DNA of 64,000 bases, taken from the NCBI GenBank assembly GCA_003139995.1, contig PLIC01000085.1, positions 3,739 through 67,738 on the forward strand, given 5' to 3'. A model generated the notes under the pieces. It was not told where the DNA came from. It ran no database searches and was given only the letters and a program-made list of their open reading frames with translations. The position numbers and the translations under genes were made by a program. Below are positions 46,083 through 56,175 of the stretch, piece by piece (positions within the stretch are counted from its first letter, which is position 1; every line of letters starts with the position of its first letter). This DNA is from Acidobacteriaceae bacterium. Lineage in GTDB: Bacteria; Acidobacteriota; Terriglobia; Terriglobales; Acidobacteriaceae.

Positions 46083-49000
46083 CTACGGCGTGACCGTGAG
46101 CTCGAACGTTCTCGAAGCACCCAGGCTTCCATACGTGCCGGTGACGGTTAGGGTGGACTCTCCGGTTGCTGCCGAGCCGCTTACCGCCAGCGTTAACGTG
46201 CAGGTGGAAGTGGCCGGGTTGGGACTGAAGGACGCGGTCACCCCACTCGGCAGTCCACTCGCGCGCAGAGTGACACTCTGATCGAAGGTATTCGTCGGCG
46301 TGATGGTAATCGTGGCGGTTCCGCTGCTACCTTGAGCGACCTTCACGTCCCACGGAGAAACCCTATCCAGGTAGAAGTTCCCCAACGGATTCACCGTCAG
46401 CGTGATCGTTGTGGTTGCGCTCAGGCTGCCGGAAGTTCCAGTGATCGTTACCGTTGCCGTCCCCTCCGTCGCCGTGCTGCTTGCCGTCAGGGTCAGGACG
46501 CTGGTTGAAGTTGCCGGGTTCTTACTGAAAGAAGCGGTTACGCCCTCCGGCAGTCCGGAAGAGGCCAGTGTTACGTTGCCGGAAAATTCATTGGCCGGAG
46601 TGATAGTGATGGTGCTCTTGCCGCTGGCTCCGCCAGTCGCGATAGCAACTGTTTTCGTCGAGGCGGAGAGGCTGAAGCTCTGCTTCGTAGCACTCCCCGT
46701 GAGGCTGAGCATCGTGGTATTCGTCAACGTGCCCGACTTGCCCTTGATCGTCACCGTGACCGTTCCCGTAGCCGCTGTGGCGCTGGCCTTCAAGGTCAGC
46801 GTACTTGTCGTTGTGGCGGGATTGGGCGTGAAAGACGCCGTCACGCCGCTGGGCAAGCCCGACGCGGAAAGAGTGATGTTGCCACTGAAACCGTTGAGTG
46901 GAGTGATGGTGATCGTGCTCGTCCCGCTGGCGCCCGGCGTGATGGCCACGGTACTCGGCTTGGCTGAAAGCGTGAAATTCGGAGTGCCTCCCGGCCAGCT
47001 GTTCACCAGATTGGCGGCGTTCACCGTGCCGATTCCGGTCGCGAAGTCCCAGCCGGTTGTGGCGCGGTAAGCCGGCTGATACGAACTGTCCGAAGTGGAA
47101 AGCACACCGTATGCACCGGAGGGCCGGTAGCAGTTGTGAGTGCCGGTGCAATTCACGTCCATGTCGCCCTCGGTCACGTCATAGAAAATGCACGAGCTGC
47201 CAGCGGCATTTCCGAGGCTTGAATTGCAAGAACTGTCGCCGCTGCTGCCATACTCGCTGGCCGCCAAGCTGTAATAGACGGGATTCGGATTGCCTTGGCG
47301 TTGGCCGGTTTTCTGGTTCACCAGGGCTTGGATACCAGCCATGATCGGCGACGAGAACGACGTGCCACCCGCTCCCAGCCAATTTTCGGGCGGGAGGGAA
47401 CAGGTGCCCCCATAGGAAGGGTCGCTTAAGCAGAATGGATAATAGTGTCCCCAAACTCCGTTGGCGGCGAAGAGCGAGACGTCAGGAATATCGCGCACAC
47501 CGTCGCTGGGATTACCCACCAGCGATTGCCACGATGGCTTTGGCCAACCTGCGCATGTTCCACCCACTACGCCAGATTGGGATGGCGATCCCGTCGCGCA
47601 GCCGCTCGGTCCGCCGCTGCCTCCAACCGGATACAAGAAACTTTCTCCCTCGCTGCTATTGCAGAACCCACTCGTTCCGTAAGTCTGGCTAAAACCGTTG
47701 AACTCCGCGAGTGGCACGCTGGCGCAGGAATCGTTCCAGGGAATCTCGGGGACATAGGACTTGGCCGATCCATAGGTTGCGGTGTTAGTGGCATTCCAAT
47801 AAGTGCTGTTAGTGCCGGCAAAAATATCGCCGTAGTCGGTCCCACCCACGGCCACGTTATAAGGAGTGGATGCAAAACCGCTGACCCCAATACCATGCGT
47901 GGCATTAGCCTCGTCGGAGTCGCAGCCCGCCGCGTCCTCATCGCCAGCGGAAACGAAAACCGAAACACCTTCCGTGGCCGCCTGCTGATAGGCCGCGTTG
48001 TAAGCGGCATTGGCCGATGCGCGGTTCTCGGCTTCGCACTCGCCATAGCTGATGCTCACGAGAGCCGGCGGCATGCTGCTTTCGTTCAACAGGTTTTGCA
48101 GCGCAATCAGGCCGCCAAACGTTGCGTCTGTGTCGCTGCACGAAGCCAGTACGATGGCCGCGCTGGGCGCGGCCGCGCTGGAATATTCGGCATCAATGAT
48201 CGCTTCCTCGTCGTCACTGTTTACTCCCGGGTTTGTGCAGTTGTTGGAGCCACTCGGAGGAGCGGGATGAACCTCGGTGAACGAGCCGCTGGTGTACGAC
48301 GAAAGACCAAATGCCGAACGGAACCTAGTCCAATCGGCGGTGGTGTAGACGTTCGTGTCCTCGATCACCACAATCGTTTGGCCTTGTCCTGAAATGCCTG
48401 CGCTGAAAAGTGGATTTAGGTTGTATATCGTCGCCAGATCGGATGGAACGACTAAGTAATATGTTTGCCCGCCGGAAGTAACGGTGTAGTTTGCCCGCGG
48501 CCGGTACATGGCATGAGGCATGAAGTCGTGCAAAGACACTACCCCGGCTACTGCCGGCGCCAGAGCGGCCGGGATCTGCGGATCGCTCATGTTGGCGATG
48601 TGCTTCGCGCCCTTCACGTTCAATTGGTGAATCTCGGTATGGAAAGCCTCCCGTACTTGACCGGCAGTCCCCGAAAAGTCGATGAGCAGGCCGTTCTCGT
48701 AAACCACATTGACCTTGAGACCATGCGACTGCAGCCAACTCGTAATCGCGTCGAGGTCTTGTTTCGCCAGCCCGAATCTCTCTCCGAATTCCTTGGCAGT
48801 GAGCCAGTGATGAAAATTCCGCGAGGATGAGTCATTAAGTTCATCAATGAACTGTCGCAGCTCTTGCTCCTGCTCCGGAGACCGCTTCAACTGGAGCAGC
48901 ATGTGCTCCATCGAAAGAGTGTCAGCCACCAACCCGCGATCATATTTCGCCTTCGCCTCGGGCCGGGTGTTACCCCCAAGTGTGGTCAACTTCCCTTCAT

Positions 49001-49124
49001 CGATATTTTGTGTGATCAGAGCAGGGGGGCCGCTTTCGGCTTGCGCAGTGGGAACAACGACAAAAAGGCAGAGAGAAGCCAAAACAGCCAATAGACAGCA
49101 CGAAAGAGACACTTTACGACCCAT
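46083..49124 (-). CDS. Secreted S53 (sedolisin/kumamolisin-type) serine peptidase with three C-terminal Ig-like repeats
   Basis: Pro-kumamolisin activation domain (HMLLQLKRSPEQEQELRQFIDEL...HHWLTAKEFGERFG...ITSWLQSHGL). Catalytic region with ..GGTSFSSPIMAG. ATG 49124 follows AAAGGA and a signal peptide. Confidence 0.85.
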   Translation of the reverse strand: MGRKVSLSCCLLAVLASLCLFVVVPTAQAESGPPALITQNIDEGKLTTLGGNTRPEAKAKYDRGLVADTLSMEHMLLQLKRSPEQEQELRQFIDELNDSSSRNFHHWLTAKEFGERFGLAKQDLDAITSWLQSHGLKVNVVYENGLLIDFSGTAGQVREAFHTEIHQLNVKGAKHIANMSDPQIPAALAPAVAGVVSLHDFMPHAMYRPRANYTVTSGGQTYYLVVPSDLATIYNLNPLFSAGISGQGQTIVVIEDTNVYTTADWTRFRSAFGLSSYTSGSFTEVHPAPPSGSNNCTNPGVNSDDEEAIIDAEYSSAAAPSAAIVLASCSDTDATFGGLIALQNLLNESSMPPALVSISYGECEAENRASANAAYNAAYQQAATEGVSVFVSAGDEDAAGCDSDEANATHGIGVSGFASTPYNVAVGGTDYGDIFAGTNSTYWNATNTATYGSAKSYVPEIPWNDSCASVPLAEFNGFSQTYGTSGFCNSSEGESFLYPVGGSGGPSGCATGSPSQSGVVGGTCAGWPKPSWQSLVGNPSDGVRDIPDVSLFAANGVWGHYYPFCLSDPSYGGTCSLPPENWLGAGGTSFSSPIMAGIQALVNQKTGQRQGNPNPVYYSLAASEYGSSGDSSCNSSLGNAAGSSCIFYDVTEGDMDVNCTGTHNCYRPSGAYGVLSTSDSSYQPAYRATTGWDFATGIGTVNAANLVNSWPGGTPNFTLSAKPSTVAITPGASGTSTITITPLNGFSGNITLSASGLPSGVTASFTPNPATTTSTLTLKASATAATGTVTVTIKGKSGTLTNTTMLSLTGSATKQSFSLSASTKTVAIATGGASGKSTITITPANEFSGNVTLASSGLPEGVTASFSKNPATSTSVLTLTASSTATEGTATVTITGTSGSLSATTTITLTVNPLGNFYLDRVSPWDVKVAQGSSGTATITITPTNTFDQSVTLRASGLPSGVTASFSPNPATSTCTLTLAVSGSAATGESTLTVTGTYGSLGASRTFELTVTP
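46086..46982 (-). repeat. Three tandem ~100-codon coding repeats (Ig-like domains) in the S53 peptidase
   Basis: Shared pattern SG.STITITP.N.FSGN(I/V)TL.ASGLP.GVTASF..NPAT.TS.LTL.AS..A..GT.TVTI.G.SG, repeated three times. Confidence 0.8.
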
Positions 49125-49477
49125 GGGGGAATCCTTTCTGGGAGGGCGAGGTTTCGAGAAGAACGACCGATTGCATCTGAAAACGGGCCCAATCACGCGT
49201 GCAATTACTGTGCATTTCCGTGGGAGTATACACGAAAACAACACACAAGCAACGATGAAACTCCTGTAAATGAACTTCTGATTCTAAGCGCGGCTACGGA
49301 TGCTCGCACTGTGCAAAAATAAACTGCACTTGATGTGTTCTCGCTCGCATTTTTTTGCACATTACTTACTGTAGGGCATCGTTCGGACTGTCCGAGACTT
49401 GGTGACTCAGGCGTGGTGGCGGCTGCGGAGAAATTTCCTCTTTGCTCTACACCGGCCGAACGTCGCCCCTCGCTGAG

Positions 49478-50101
49478 CTACCTCGCGCGGCGAGTTGCAC
49501 GCGCCATCTCCCCCCGGAAGCTCAGGAACGCCTTCTGCCCGGCGAGTTTCGCCAGTTGTTCGCGCTCATTTTCCAGAGGCATGCCCGCACGCAGAAACTG
49601 TTTCCGAAGTTTTCCGATGTGCTCCACAAACGGTCCCCACTCCGGCGGGAATTGCCGCTCCAATTCCTTTCGCAGCCGTGCCGCCAAGGCAGGACTGTTT
49701 CCGCTTGTAGAGATCGCAATCTGCAGCGGCCCGCGACGCACCACGGCCGGATAAAAAAAGTCGCAGTGCTCGGGATCGTCCACTACATTGCAGAGCACGC
49801 GCCGGGCCCGGCAAGCGCGAAACACGGCGCCGTTGGATGCAGCGGAATCGGTGGCGGCGACCACCAGAAACGCGCCTCGCACATCGCGGGACAAAAATGC
49901 CCGGCTTCGCCATACGAGCTTGCCCGATCGCGCTTTCTCGCGAATCCAGGCGACGGCTTTCGGGGCGACGACAACGACCTCAGCCCCATGGCTCAGCAAG
50001 CCAGCCGCTTTCGCCGCCGCCACGCGCCCCGCGCCCACCACCAGGCATTTCCGGCCCTGCAGCCGGACCATGATGGGGAAAACGATGATAGGGAACGCCA
50101 T
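49478..50101 (-). CDS. sirC: Precorrin-2 dehydrogenase / sirohydrochlorin ferrochelatase (CysG N-terminal / SirC-Met8 type)
   Basis: FPIMVRLQGRKCLVVGAGRVAAAKAAGLLSHGAEVVVVAP...NVVDDPEHCDFFYPAVV. Divergent from dsrA. Confidence 0.8.
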   Translation of the reverse strand: MAFPIIVFPIMVRLQGRKCLVVGAGRVAAAKAAGLLSHGAEVVVVAPKAVAWIREKARSGKLVWRSRAFLSRDVRGAFLVVAATDSAASNGAVFRACRARRVLCNVVDDPEHCDFFYPAVVRRGPLQIAISTSGNSPALAARLRKELERQFPPEWGPFVEHIGKLRKQFLRAGMPLENEREQLAKLAGQKAFLSFRGEMARATRRAR

Positions 50102-50237
50102 GTAACCCCCGCATTTTCAATCGGGTCGGACCAGACCATGATACCCCAAACTGGGCACTCCGCACGCCATCTGCGGGGTCTCAGTTTTCATCCGCGGGTC
50201 ATTTTTCCGGCGATTCTTCGGCGCAGTCACCACGCCC

Positions 50238-50253
50238 TGTGATCGATGTCACA
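50238..50253. promoter_or_regulatory. Perfect CRP/FNR-family palindrome TGTGA-TCGATG-TCACA in the sirC/dsrA divergent region
   Basis: Read directly. It lies 116 nt upstream of the dsrA ATG. A -10-like TAGTAAT follows 19 nt downstream (50273-50279). Confidence 0.5.
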
Positions 50254-50368
50254 TACCGGCGACGGCTATTCCTAGTAATCTTATGGACAAGATGATGTTG
50301 TCCCCTCTTCGTCCCGTGGCCGCTTGCGACTCCAGGCCGATTCCCCCAAGAACCTAAGGAGATAGGTG

Positions 50369-51568
50369 ATGGCCAATGACAGCGGCGAGAAACCGGAAAC
50401 CAAGATGTTGGACGAACTGGAAAAAGGTCCATGGCCGAGCTTCGTGAAGGAGATCAAGTCGGCTGGCCAAACCAGCGCCAGCGCCCAGGATCTCCTTCGC
50501 CAGTTGGAGCTTTCCTACCAGGAGAAGAAAGGGCATTGGAAGCACGGCGGCTTAGTCGGCGTGCTCGGCTACGGCGGAGGCGTCATCGGGCGCTACAGCG
50601 ATGCCGGCGATCAGTTTCCCAAGGTCGCTCAGTTCCACACCCTACGCGTCAACCAGCCTGCGGGATGGTTCTACACCAGCGACGCGATTCGCACTCTCTG
50701 CGACATTTGGGAGCGCCACGGCTCCGGCCTCACTAACATGCACGGGTCCACCGGCGACCTCATTCTGCTGGGCACCGGCACGGCTGAACTGGAGCCCACA
50801 TTCCAAGAGCTGGCGCAGGCTGGGTTCGATCTGGGCGGCTCCGGATCCGCGTTTCGCACTCCTTCTTGCTGCGTCGGCATGGCCCGCTGCGAATGGGCGT
50901 GTTATGACGCGATGAAACTGTGTTACGACCTGACCATGGCGTACCAGGACGAAATGCATCGTCCACCCTTCCCTTACAAGTTCAAAGTCAAGTGCGCCGC
51001 CTGCCCGAACGATTGCGTGGCGGCCATTGCCCGCGCCGATCTTTCTATCATCGGCACCTGGAAGGACGAAATTCAGGTGGACGAGAGCGCCGTGAACGAG
51101 TACGCGTCCGCTGGCCTCAACCTCCAGAAGGACGTCTGCGATCTCTGCCCCAGCAAGTGCATGGCATGGGATGGCCACAAGCTCAGCATTGAAAACCACG
51201 AATGCGTGCGCTGCATGCACTGCATCAACGTCATGCCCAAAGCGCTGCGGCCCGGCAAAGAGCGCGGAGCGGTCATCATGATCGGAGGCAAGGCGCCCAT
51301 CATGCAAGGCGCTCTGCTTTCTTCCGTCCTCGTTCCTTTCGTGCCTGCGGAAGAACTCATGGACACTTTGAAGGAGTTGATCCGCCGCATCTGGGATTTC
51401 TGGGACGAATACGGCAACAATCGGGAGCGGGTTGGTGAACTGATCCAGCGCGTGGGGCTGCCCGTGTTCCTCGATGGTATTGGTCTCGACCCCGTTCCGG
51501 AAATGGTCTCCGCGCCCCGCGACAATCCTTACATTTACTTTCAGGTTGCGAAGGACGGTGAGAAATGA
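50369..51568 (+). CDS. dsrA: Dissimilatory sulfite reductase alpha subunit
   Basis: [19 protein letters not shown]-terminus. Sirohaem-[4Fe-4S] Cys cluster ([12 protein letters not shown] ... CAACPNDC) and ferredoxin insert ([12 protein letters not shown]). AAGGAG lies 7 nt before the ATG. Confidence 0.9.
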   Translation: MANDSGEKPETKMLDELEKGPWPSFVKEIKSAGQTSASAQDLLRQLELSYQEKKGHWKHGGLVGVLGYGGGVIGRYSDAGDQFPKVAQFHTLRVNQPAGWFYTSDAIRTLCDIWERHGSGLTNMHGSTGDLILLGTGTAELEPTFQELAQAGFDLGGSGSAFRTPSCCVGMARCEWACYDAMKLCYDLTMAYQDEMHRPPFPYKFKVKCAACPNDCVAAIARADLSIIGTWKDEIQVDESAVNEYASAGLNLQKDVCDLCPSKCMAWDGHKLSIENHECVRCMHCINVMPKALRPGKERGAVIMIGGKAPIMQGALLSSVLVPFVPAEELMDTLKELIRRIWDFWDEYGNNRERVGELIQRVGLPVFLDGIGLDPVPEMVSAPRDNPYIYFQVAKDGEK

Positions 51569-52647
51569 GCGCCACACCCCAACCTCGGCTCACCGACATC
51601 GGGCCGCCGCATTACGAAAAATATCTGCATCCTTTGATCAAGAAGAACTACGGCCAGTGGAAGTACCACGAGAATCTGGCCCCCGGAGTCTATTGCCATG
51701 TTGCGGAATCGGGTGACCGCATCTACACGGTGCGCGCGGGCACGCCGCGTCTGCTAAGTATCCACACGCTGCGGAAGTTTGCTGACTTGGCCGACAAATA
51801 TTCTGGCGGCTATCTACGCTTCACCAGCCGGAACAATCTCGAGTTTCTGCTCGACGATCCGGCCCGGATCGAGCCGCTGAAGCGGGAACTGATCGCCCTG
51901 GGATATCCGGTGGGCGGCACTAATAACGCCATCAGCAACATCGTCCATACCCAGGGATGGATCCATTGCCATTCCTCGGCAACCGACGCTTCGGGACTGG
52001 TCAAGTGCGTGATGGACGCTGTTTACGAACGCTTCACGCACGAGGACCTTCCGGCAAAATTGCGGATCGCGGTCGCCTGCTGCCTGAATATGTGTGGCGC
52101 GGTGCATTGTTCCGACATCGCCATCCTCGGCGTTCACCGCCTCCCCCCGAAAATCCAGCATGGCACGCTGCCCAAAGTATGCGAGGTGCCAACGCTGATC
52201 GCCGCCTGCCCGACCGGGGCGATTCGTCCGGCGATCGTGGACGGCAAGAATTCGGTCGCAGTGGTGGAGCAGCAGTGCATGTATTGCGGCAATTGCTACA
52301 CCGTATGCCCCGCCATGCCCATGAACGATGCGGAGAATGACGGTTTATCCATCTGGGTGGGCGGCAAGGTGAGCAATGCGCGGAGCGTGCCAAAGTTTTC
52401 CAAGCTGGCGATCCCGTTCCTCCCCAACCATCCTCCGCGCTGGCCCGAGGTGGTTGAGGCCGTGGTGAAGATTGTGAACGTTTATGCGAAACACGCGCGC
52501 AAATACGAACGGGTGGGCGAGTGGATCGAGCGCATCGGTTGGCCGCGCTTTTTCCAACTGACCGGGTTCGAGTTCACGCGTTATCACATTGACGACTTCA
52601 AACATGCGGCGCTGACCTACGCGCGGTCGGCGCACGTTCGCTATTGA
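51565..52647 (+). CDS. dsrB: Dissimilatory sulfite reductase beta subunit
   Basis: [27 protein letters not shown]...[10 protein letters not shown]...[16 protein letters not shown]...[16 protein letters not shown] overlap with dsrA. Confidence 0.9.
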   Translation: MSATPQPRLTDIGPPHYEKYLHPLIKKNYGQWKYHENLAPGVYCHVAESGDRIYTVRAGTPRLLSIHTLRKFADLADKYSGGYLRFTSRNNLEFLLDDPARIEPLKRELIALGYPVGGTNNAISNIVHTQGWIHCHSSATDASGLVKCVMDAVYERFTHEDLPAKLRIAVACCLNMCGAVHCSDIAILGVHRLPPKIQHGTLPKVCEVPTLIAACPTGAIRPAIVDGKNSVAVVEQQCMYCGNCYTVCPAMPMNDAENDGLSIWVGGKVSNARSVPKFSKLAIPFLPNHPPRWPEVVEAVVKIVNVYAKHARKYERVGEWIERIGWPRFFQLTGFEFTRYHIDDFKHAALTYARSAHVRY

Positions 52648-52686
52648 AGTGCGTCTTCGGACCTCCCCCTACGAGGAAGCTGGTTG

Positions 52687-54348
52687 ATGGGGCTGTTCAA
52701 GGAAGTCGAGAAGCCGGTGATTCGAAGCGTGGCGGCGGCTGCCAGTGAGATCAGCCCGCTGCGTCCTCGCTTCGCGCCCAAAGCGCCGCCGTGCGCCTCG
52801 GGCTGCCCCAACGGCACCGAAATTCGCGAGCTGCTAGTGATCGTCGCGCAAGCCAAAGACTACGGCTTGACGCATGAACAAGCTTTCGACCGCGTTTGGA
52901 AAAGAATCGTGGAGCGCAACCCATTCCCCGCAGTCACGGGCCGAATCTGTCCGCACCCTTGCGAAACTGCGTGTAACCGCAGCGCCAAGGATGGAGCGGT
53001 GGCGTTCAATGCGATCGAACGCATGATCGGAGATTTTGGGATTGCCAACAAGCTGAGGCTCTCGCCGCTGACGACTCAGCCCCGCGCAGAAAAAGTTGCG
53101 GTCATTGGCGCGGGCCCGGCGGGGTTGTCCTGCGCCTATCAACTGGTTCGGCGAGGATACGCGGTCGCTGTTTTCGAAGCCTTGAACGAGCCGGGAGGTA
53201 TGTTGCGTTACGGTATTCCGGGATTCCGCTTGCCGCGTGAAGTTCTCGACGCGGAGATCGGCCGCATTCTCGATCTCGGAGTCGAGCTGCAGTGCAATTG
53301 CGCCGTGGGCAAGGATATTTCCCTGGAGCAACTCCGCCAGGAATATGCAGCCGTATTCGCCGGCATTGGCGCACAAAAAGGGATCAAGTTGAATTTGGCG
53401 GGCGAGGATGCGCCGAACGTGATCAGCGGGATCGAATTCCTCAATCTGGTCAACCGCGGAGAAAAAATCGGCGTCGGAAGCAAAGTGATCGTGATCGGCG
53501 GAGGCGACACCGCCATTGACGCCGCCCGCGTCAGCAAGCGGCTCGGCGCCGAGGTCACCGTCCTCTATCGCCGCACGCGCGCCGAAATGCCGGCCATCAA
53601 GTCCGAGATCGAAGGCGCGCTCGAAGAAAGTGTGAAGATCGAATACTTGGCCGCGCCGCTCGAAATCCTGCGGCAGAACAGACGCGCCGTAGGCATGCGC
53701 TCGATTCGCATGCAGCTTGGCGAACCGGATTCCTCGGGCCGTCCGCGCCCCGTGCCTCAGCCCGGCAGCGAATTTGAAATGGAGGCGTCCTGCGTCATCG
53801 CGGCGATCAGCCAGGCGCCCGATTTCCAGGGTCTGGAGACTCTGCCCAACGGCGACGGCTGGATCAAAATTGACGATTGGGGCGGGACCGCCGTTGACGG
53901 AATCTTCGCCGGCGGCGACGGCGCTGGACTCGGTATCGCCGCTGTTGCCATTGCCCAGGGCCGGTTGGCGGCCCAGGCCATCGACGCGCGTTTTCAGGGA
54001 CGCAAGTTGGAAAAGCCGCCCGCGTTGCCTGCCATCCCGATCGAGAAGCTGAGGCTTGACTGGTATCCGGCGGCGCCGCGGCGCGAAGCGCAGCGGGTTT
54101 CGGTCACGGAGCGCGAACTCGGCACCGAGGTCGCGTTCGGTTTAACTGAAGCTGAAGTGCTCGAAGAGGCCAAGCGCTGCATGTCTTGCGGCATGTGCAT
54201 GGATTGTGAAGCCTGCTGGATGTACTGCAGCAACAACTGTTTTGTCAGGCTGCCGAAAGGCGAACATTGCAAGATCAGGCTGGAAGTCTGCAACGGGTGC
54301 AAGAAGTGCGCCGACGCATGTCCGAGCGGATATATCGAACTGAGTTGA
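52687..54348 (+). CDS. dsrL: DsrL-like NAD(P)H oxidoreductase (GltD-like flavoprotein with C-terminal 2x[4Fe-4S] ferredoxin domain)
   Basis: GRICPHPCETACNR; two dinucleotide folds (VAVIGAGPAGLSCAY, VIVIGGGDTAIDAA); C-terminal CMSCGMCMDCEACWMYC...CNGCKKCADACP. It sits between dsrB and dsrC. Confidence 0.8.
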   Translation: MGLFKEVEKPVIRSVAAAASEISPLRPRFAPKAPPCASGCPNGTEIRELLVIVAQAKDYGLTHEQAFDRVWKRIVERNPFPAVTGRICPHPCETACNRSAKDGAVAFNAIERMIGDFGIANKLRLSPLTTQPRAEKVAVIGAGPAGLSCAYQLVRRGYAVAVFEALNEPGGMLRYGIPGFRLPREVLDAEIGRILDLGVELQCNCAVGKDISLEQLRQEYAAVFAGIGAQKGIKLNLAGEDAPNVISGIEFLNLVNRGEKIGVGSKVIVIGGGDTAIDAARVSKRLGAEVTVLYRRTRAEMPAIKSEIEGALEESVKIEYLAAPLEILRQNRRAVGMRSIRMQLGEPDSSGRPRPVPQPGSEFEMEASCVIAAISQAPDFQGLETLPNGDGWIKIDDWGGTAVDGIFAGGDGAGLGIAAVAIAQGRLAAQAIDARFQGRKLEKPPALPAIPIEKLRLDWYPAAPRREAQRVSVTERELGTEVAFGLTEAEVLEEAKRCMSCGMCMDCEACWMYCSNNCFVRLPKGEHCKIRLEVCNGCKKCADACPSGYIELS

Positions 54349-54366
54349 TAACTAAGGAGAGTAACT

Positions 54367-54684
54367 GTGCCGCTATTCGAAGTCGAGGGAAGAAGTTACG
54401 AAGTGGATGAAGACGGCTTCTTGCAGGAGCCGGAACGCTGGAACCGGGAGGTGGCCAAGGACTTCGCTGCTACTGAGGCCATCGCCGATCTGACCGAGGA
54501 ACACTGGAAGATCATTCACTACATCCGCAATTACTACCTGGAGTTCGGGATCGCGCCCATGATTCGCAAGCTCTGCAAGGAAACCGGGCACAAACTGAAC
54601 GAGATCTACAAGCTGTTCCCATCCGGGCCGGCGAAGGGCGCGTGCAAGCTGGCGGGGCTGCCGAAGCCCACAGGCTGCGTGTAG
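54367..54684 (+). CDS. dsrC: DsrC (TusE/DsrC/DsvC family) with both conserved C-terminal cysteines
   Basis: MPLFEVEGRSYEVDEDGFL...EHWKIIHYIRNYY and C-terminal ..GACKLAGLPKPTGCV. GTG start after AAGGAG. Confidence 0.9.
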   Translation: MPLFEVEGRSYEVDEDGFLQEPERWNREVAKDFAATEAIADLTEEHWKIIHYIRNYYLEFGIAPMIRKLCKETGHKLNEIYKLFPSGPAKGACKLAGLPKPTGCV

Positions 54685-54691
54685 AAATCAA

Positions 54692-55165
54692 ATGGACGCG
54701 AACGAGGCCATCCTCGAACAGTGGGTCGTGCGGACGGCGGAATCCTACCCGCATCACGCGGCGGCTCTTCTGAGCAAAGAGCGGGATCCCTTTCGCAATC
54801 CGGTTGGCGATACGCTGCGCCAGAGCCTGGCGCTGCTGCTGCGCGAGTTATTCGCCGAGATGGATGCAACGGCAATCGATTCCGCCCTCGACCCCATCAT
54901 CCGGCTCCAAGCGATTCAAGGGTTCTCTTCCGACGACGCCGTGCGATTCGTATCTCTGTTGAAACCCATTCTCCGTGAACTGGCGCCGGAACGAAACTCT
55001 GCAGTCCTTGATCGTCGGATCGATGATGACAGGATCAATCGGCTCGCGGTGATGGCTGCAGACAAGTGCACACAATGCCGCGAGCAACTGGCTCGAATCC
55101 GGGCGAACGAAGTTCAGCGCGCGAACCATGTGCAACAACGTATCCGCGCGAGGCGGCCCGCATGA
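54692..55165 (+). CDS. dsrT: DsrT-like protein (RsbRD N-terminal-type domain)
   Basis: Located directly upstream of dsrMKJOP, as in sulfate reducers and Chlorobi. The pattern ILEQWVVRTAESYP...DPFRNPVGDTLRQSL is what I recall for this family. Confidence 0.55.
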   Translation: MDANEAILEQWVVRTAESYPHHAAALLSKERDPFRNPVGDTLRQSLALLLRELFAEMDATAIDSALDPIIRLQAIQGFSSDDAVRFVSLLKPILRELAPERNSAVLDRRIDDDRINRLAVMAADKCTQCREQLARIRANEVQRANHVQQRIRARRPA

Positions 55166-56175
55166 AAGCCCTCTCTCCGCTGCTGGCCGTTCTCGCGATT
55201 GTTGGGTTCGCCGTCGTAGGCGGGCACACGCATGCTGGCCTTGTTTTTCTGGCTGTGTTCGTTCCCTATGCGGCCTTCGCGGTTTTCCTAGTTGGCTTCT
55301 GTTACCGTGTGGCGCGCTGGGCGTGGATCCCTGTACCGTTCCGCATTCCCACCACTTGCGGCCAGCAAAAGTCGCTGCCCTGGATCAAACCTGCATCGCT
55401 GGACAACCCCAGCACCGGCTGGGGCGCATTCCGCCGTATGGCGCTGGAAATCCTTCTGTTCCGTTCCCTGTTCCGCAACAATCGCGCGCGGCTGCACGAT
55501 CGGCGGCTTGTACTGGGCGAAGACAGATATCTATGGCTGGGCGCTCTTGCGTTTCATTGGTCGTTGCTGGTGATTCTGCTTCGGCACCTGCGTCTGTTTG
55601 TCCAGCCCGTTCCAGTTTTCGTAAGTGTGCTCTCGCGACTGGACGGCGCTTTTCAAGTGGGAACTCCTGCACTTTATATCTCTGACGTGGTCATTCTGGG
55701 CACGCTGGTGTACCTGACCGCACGGCGATTTCGCAACCCGCTGGCTCGCTACCTATCAATGCCGATCGATTACCTGGCCTTGTTTCTTCTGCTGGGAATC
55801 GTGACTTCCGGCCTGCTCATGCGCTTCGTAGTCCGAGTAGACGTGGCTGCGATCAAGCAGTTTGCGCTCGGATTGGCCGTCTTCCGCCCGGTAGTTACAA
55901 GCGCCATAACTCCGATATTTCTCGTCCACTTACTTTTGGTCAGCGCCCTGGCTGCATATTTCCCGTTCAGCAAGCTCATGCACATGGGCGGTGTCTTTCT
56001 CAGCCCCACGCGTAATCTGGCCAACAACAATCGCAGCAAGCGCCACGTCAACCCCTGGAATCATCCAGTGAAAACCCACTCCTATGCGGAGTGGGAGGAC
56101 GAGTTCCGAGACAAACTGAAAACCGCGAACCTTCCGCTTGAGGCTGAGGATGCCCGACAAATTACTGGCCATTGA
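55162..56175 (+). CDS. dsrM: DsrM (NarI-like dihaem b membrane subunit)
   Basis: Polytopic membrane protein with conserved His in TM helices. ATGA overlap with dsrT. Its position is typical for dsrM. Confidence 0.8.
   Translation: MKALSPLLAVLAIVGFAVVGGHTHAGLVFLAVFVPYAAFAVFLVGFCYRVARWAWIPVPFRIPTTCGQQKSLPWIKPASLDNPSTGWGAFRRMALEILLFRSLFRNNRARLHDRRLVLGEDRYLWLGALAFHWSLLVILLRHLRLFVQPVPVFVSVLSRLDGAFQVGTPALYISDVVILGTLVYLTARRFRNPLARYLSMPIDYLALFLLLGIVTSGLLMRFVVRVDVAAIKQFALGLAVFRPVVTSAITPIFLVHLLLVSALAAYFPFSKLMHMGGVFLSPTRNLANNNRSKRHVNPWNHPVKTHSYAEWEDEFRDKLKTANLPLEAEDARQITGH

Noticed and set aside
49442-50242. 266-aa plus-strand ORF over sirC, and 50642..51577 (minus strand) over dsrA.
   Set aside because: They are antisense to genes with clear motifs. 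This is the typical high-GC shadow-ORF pattern.
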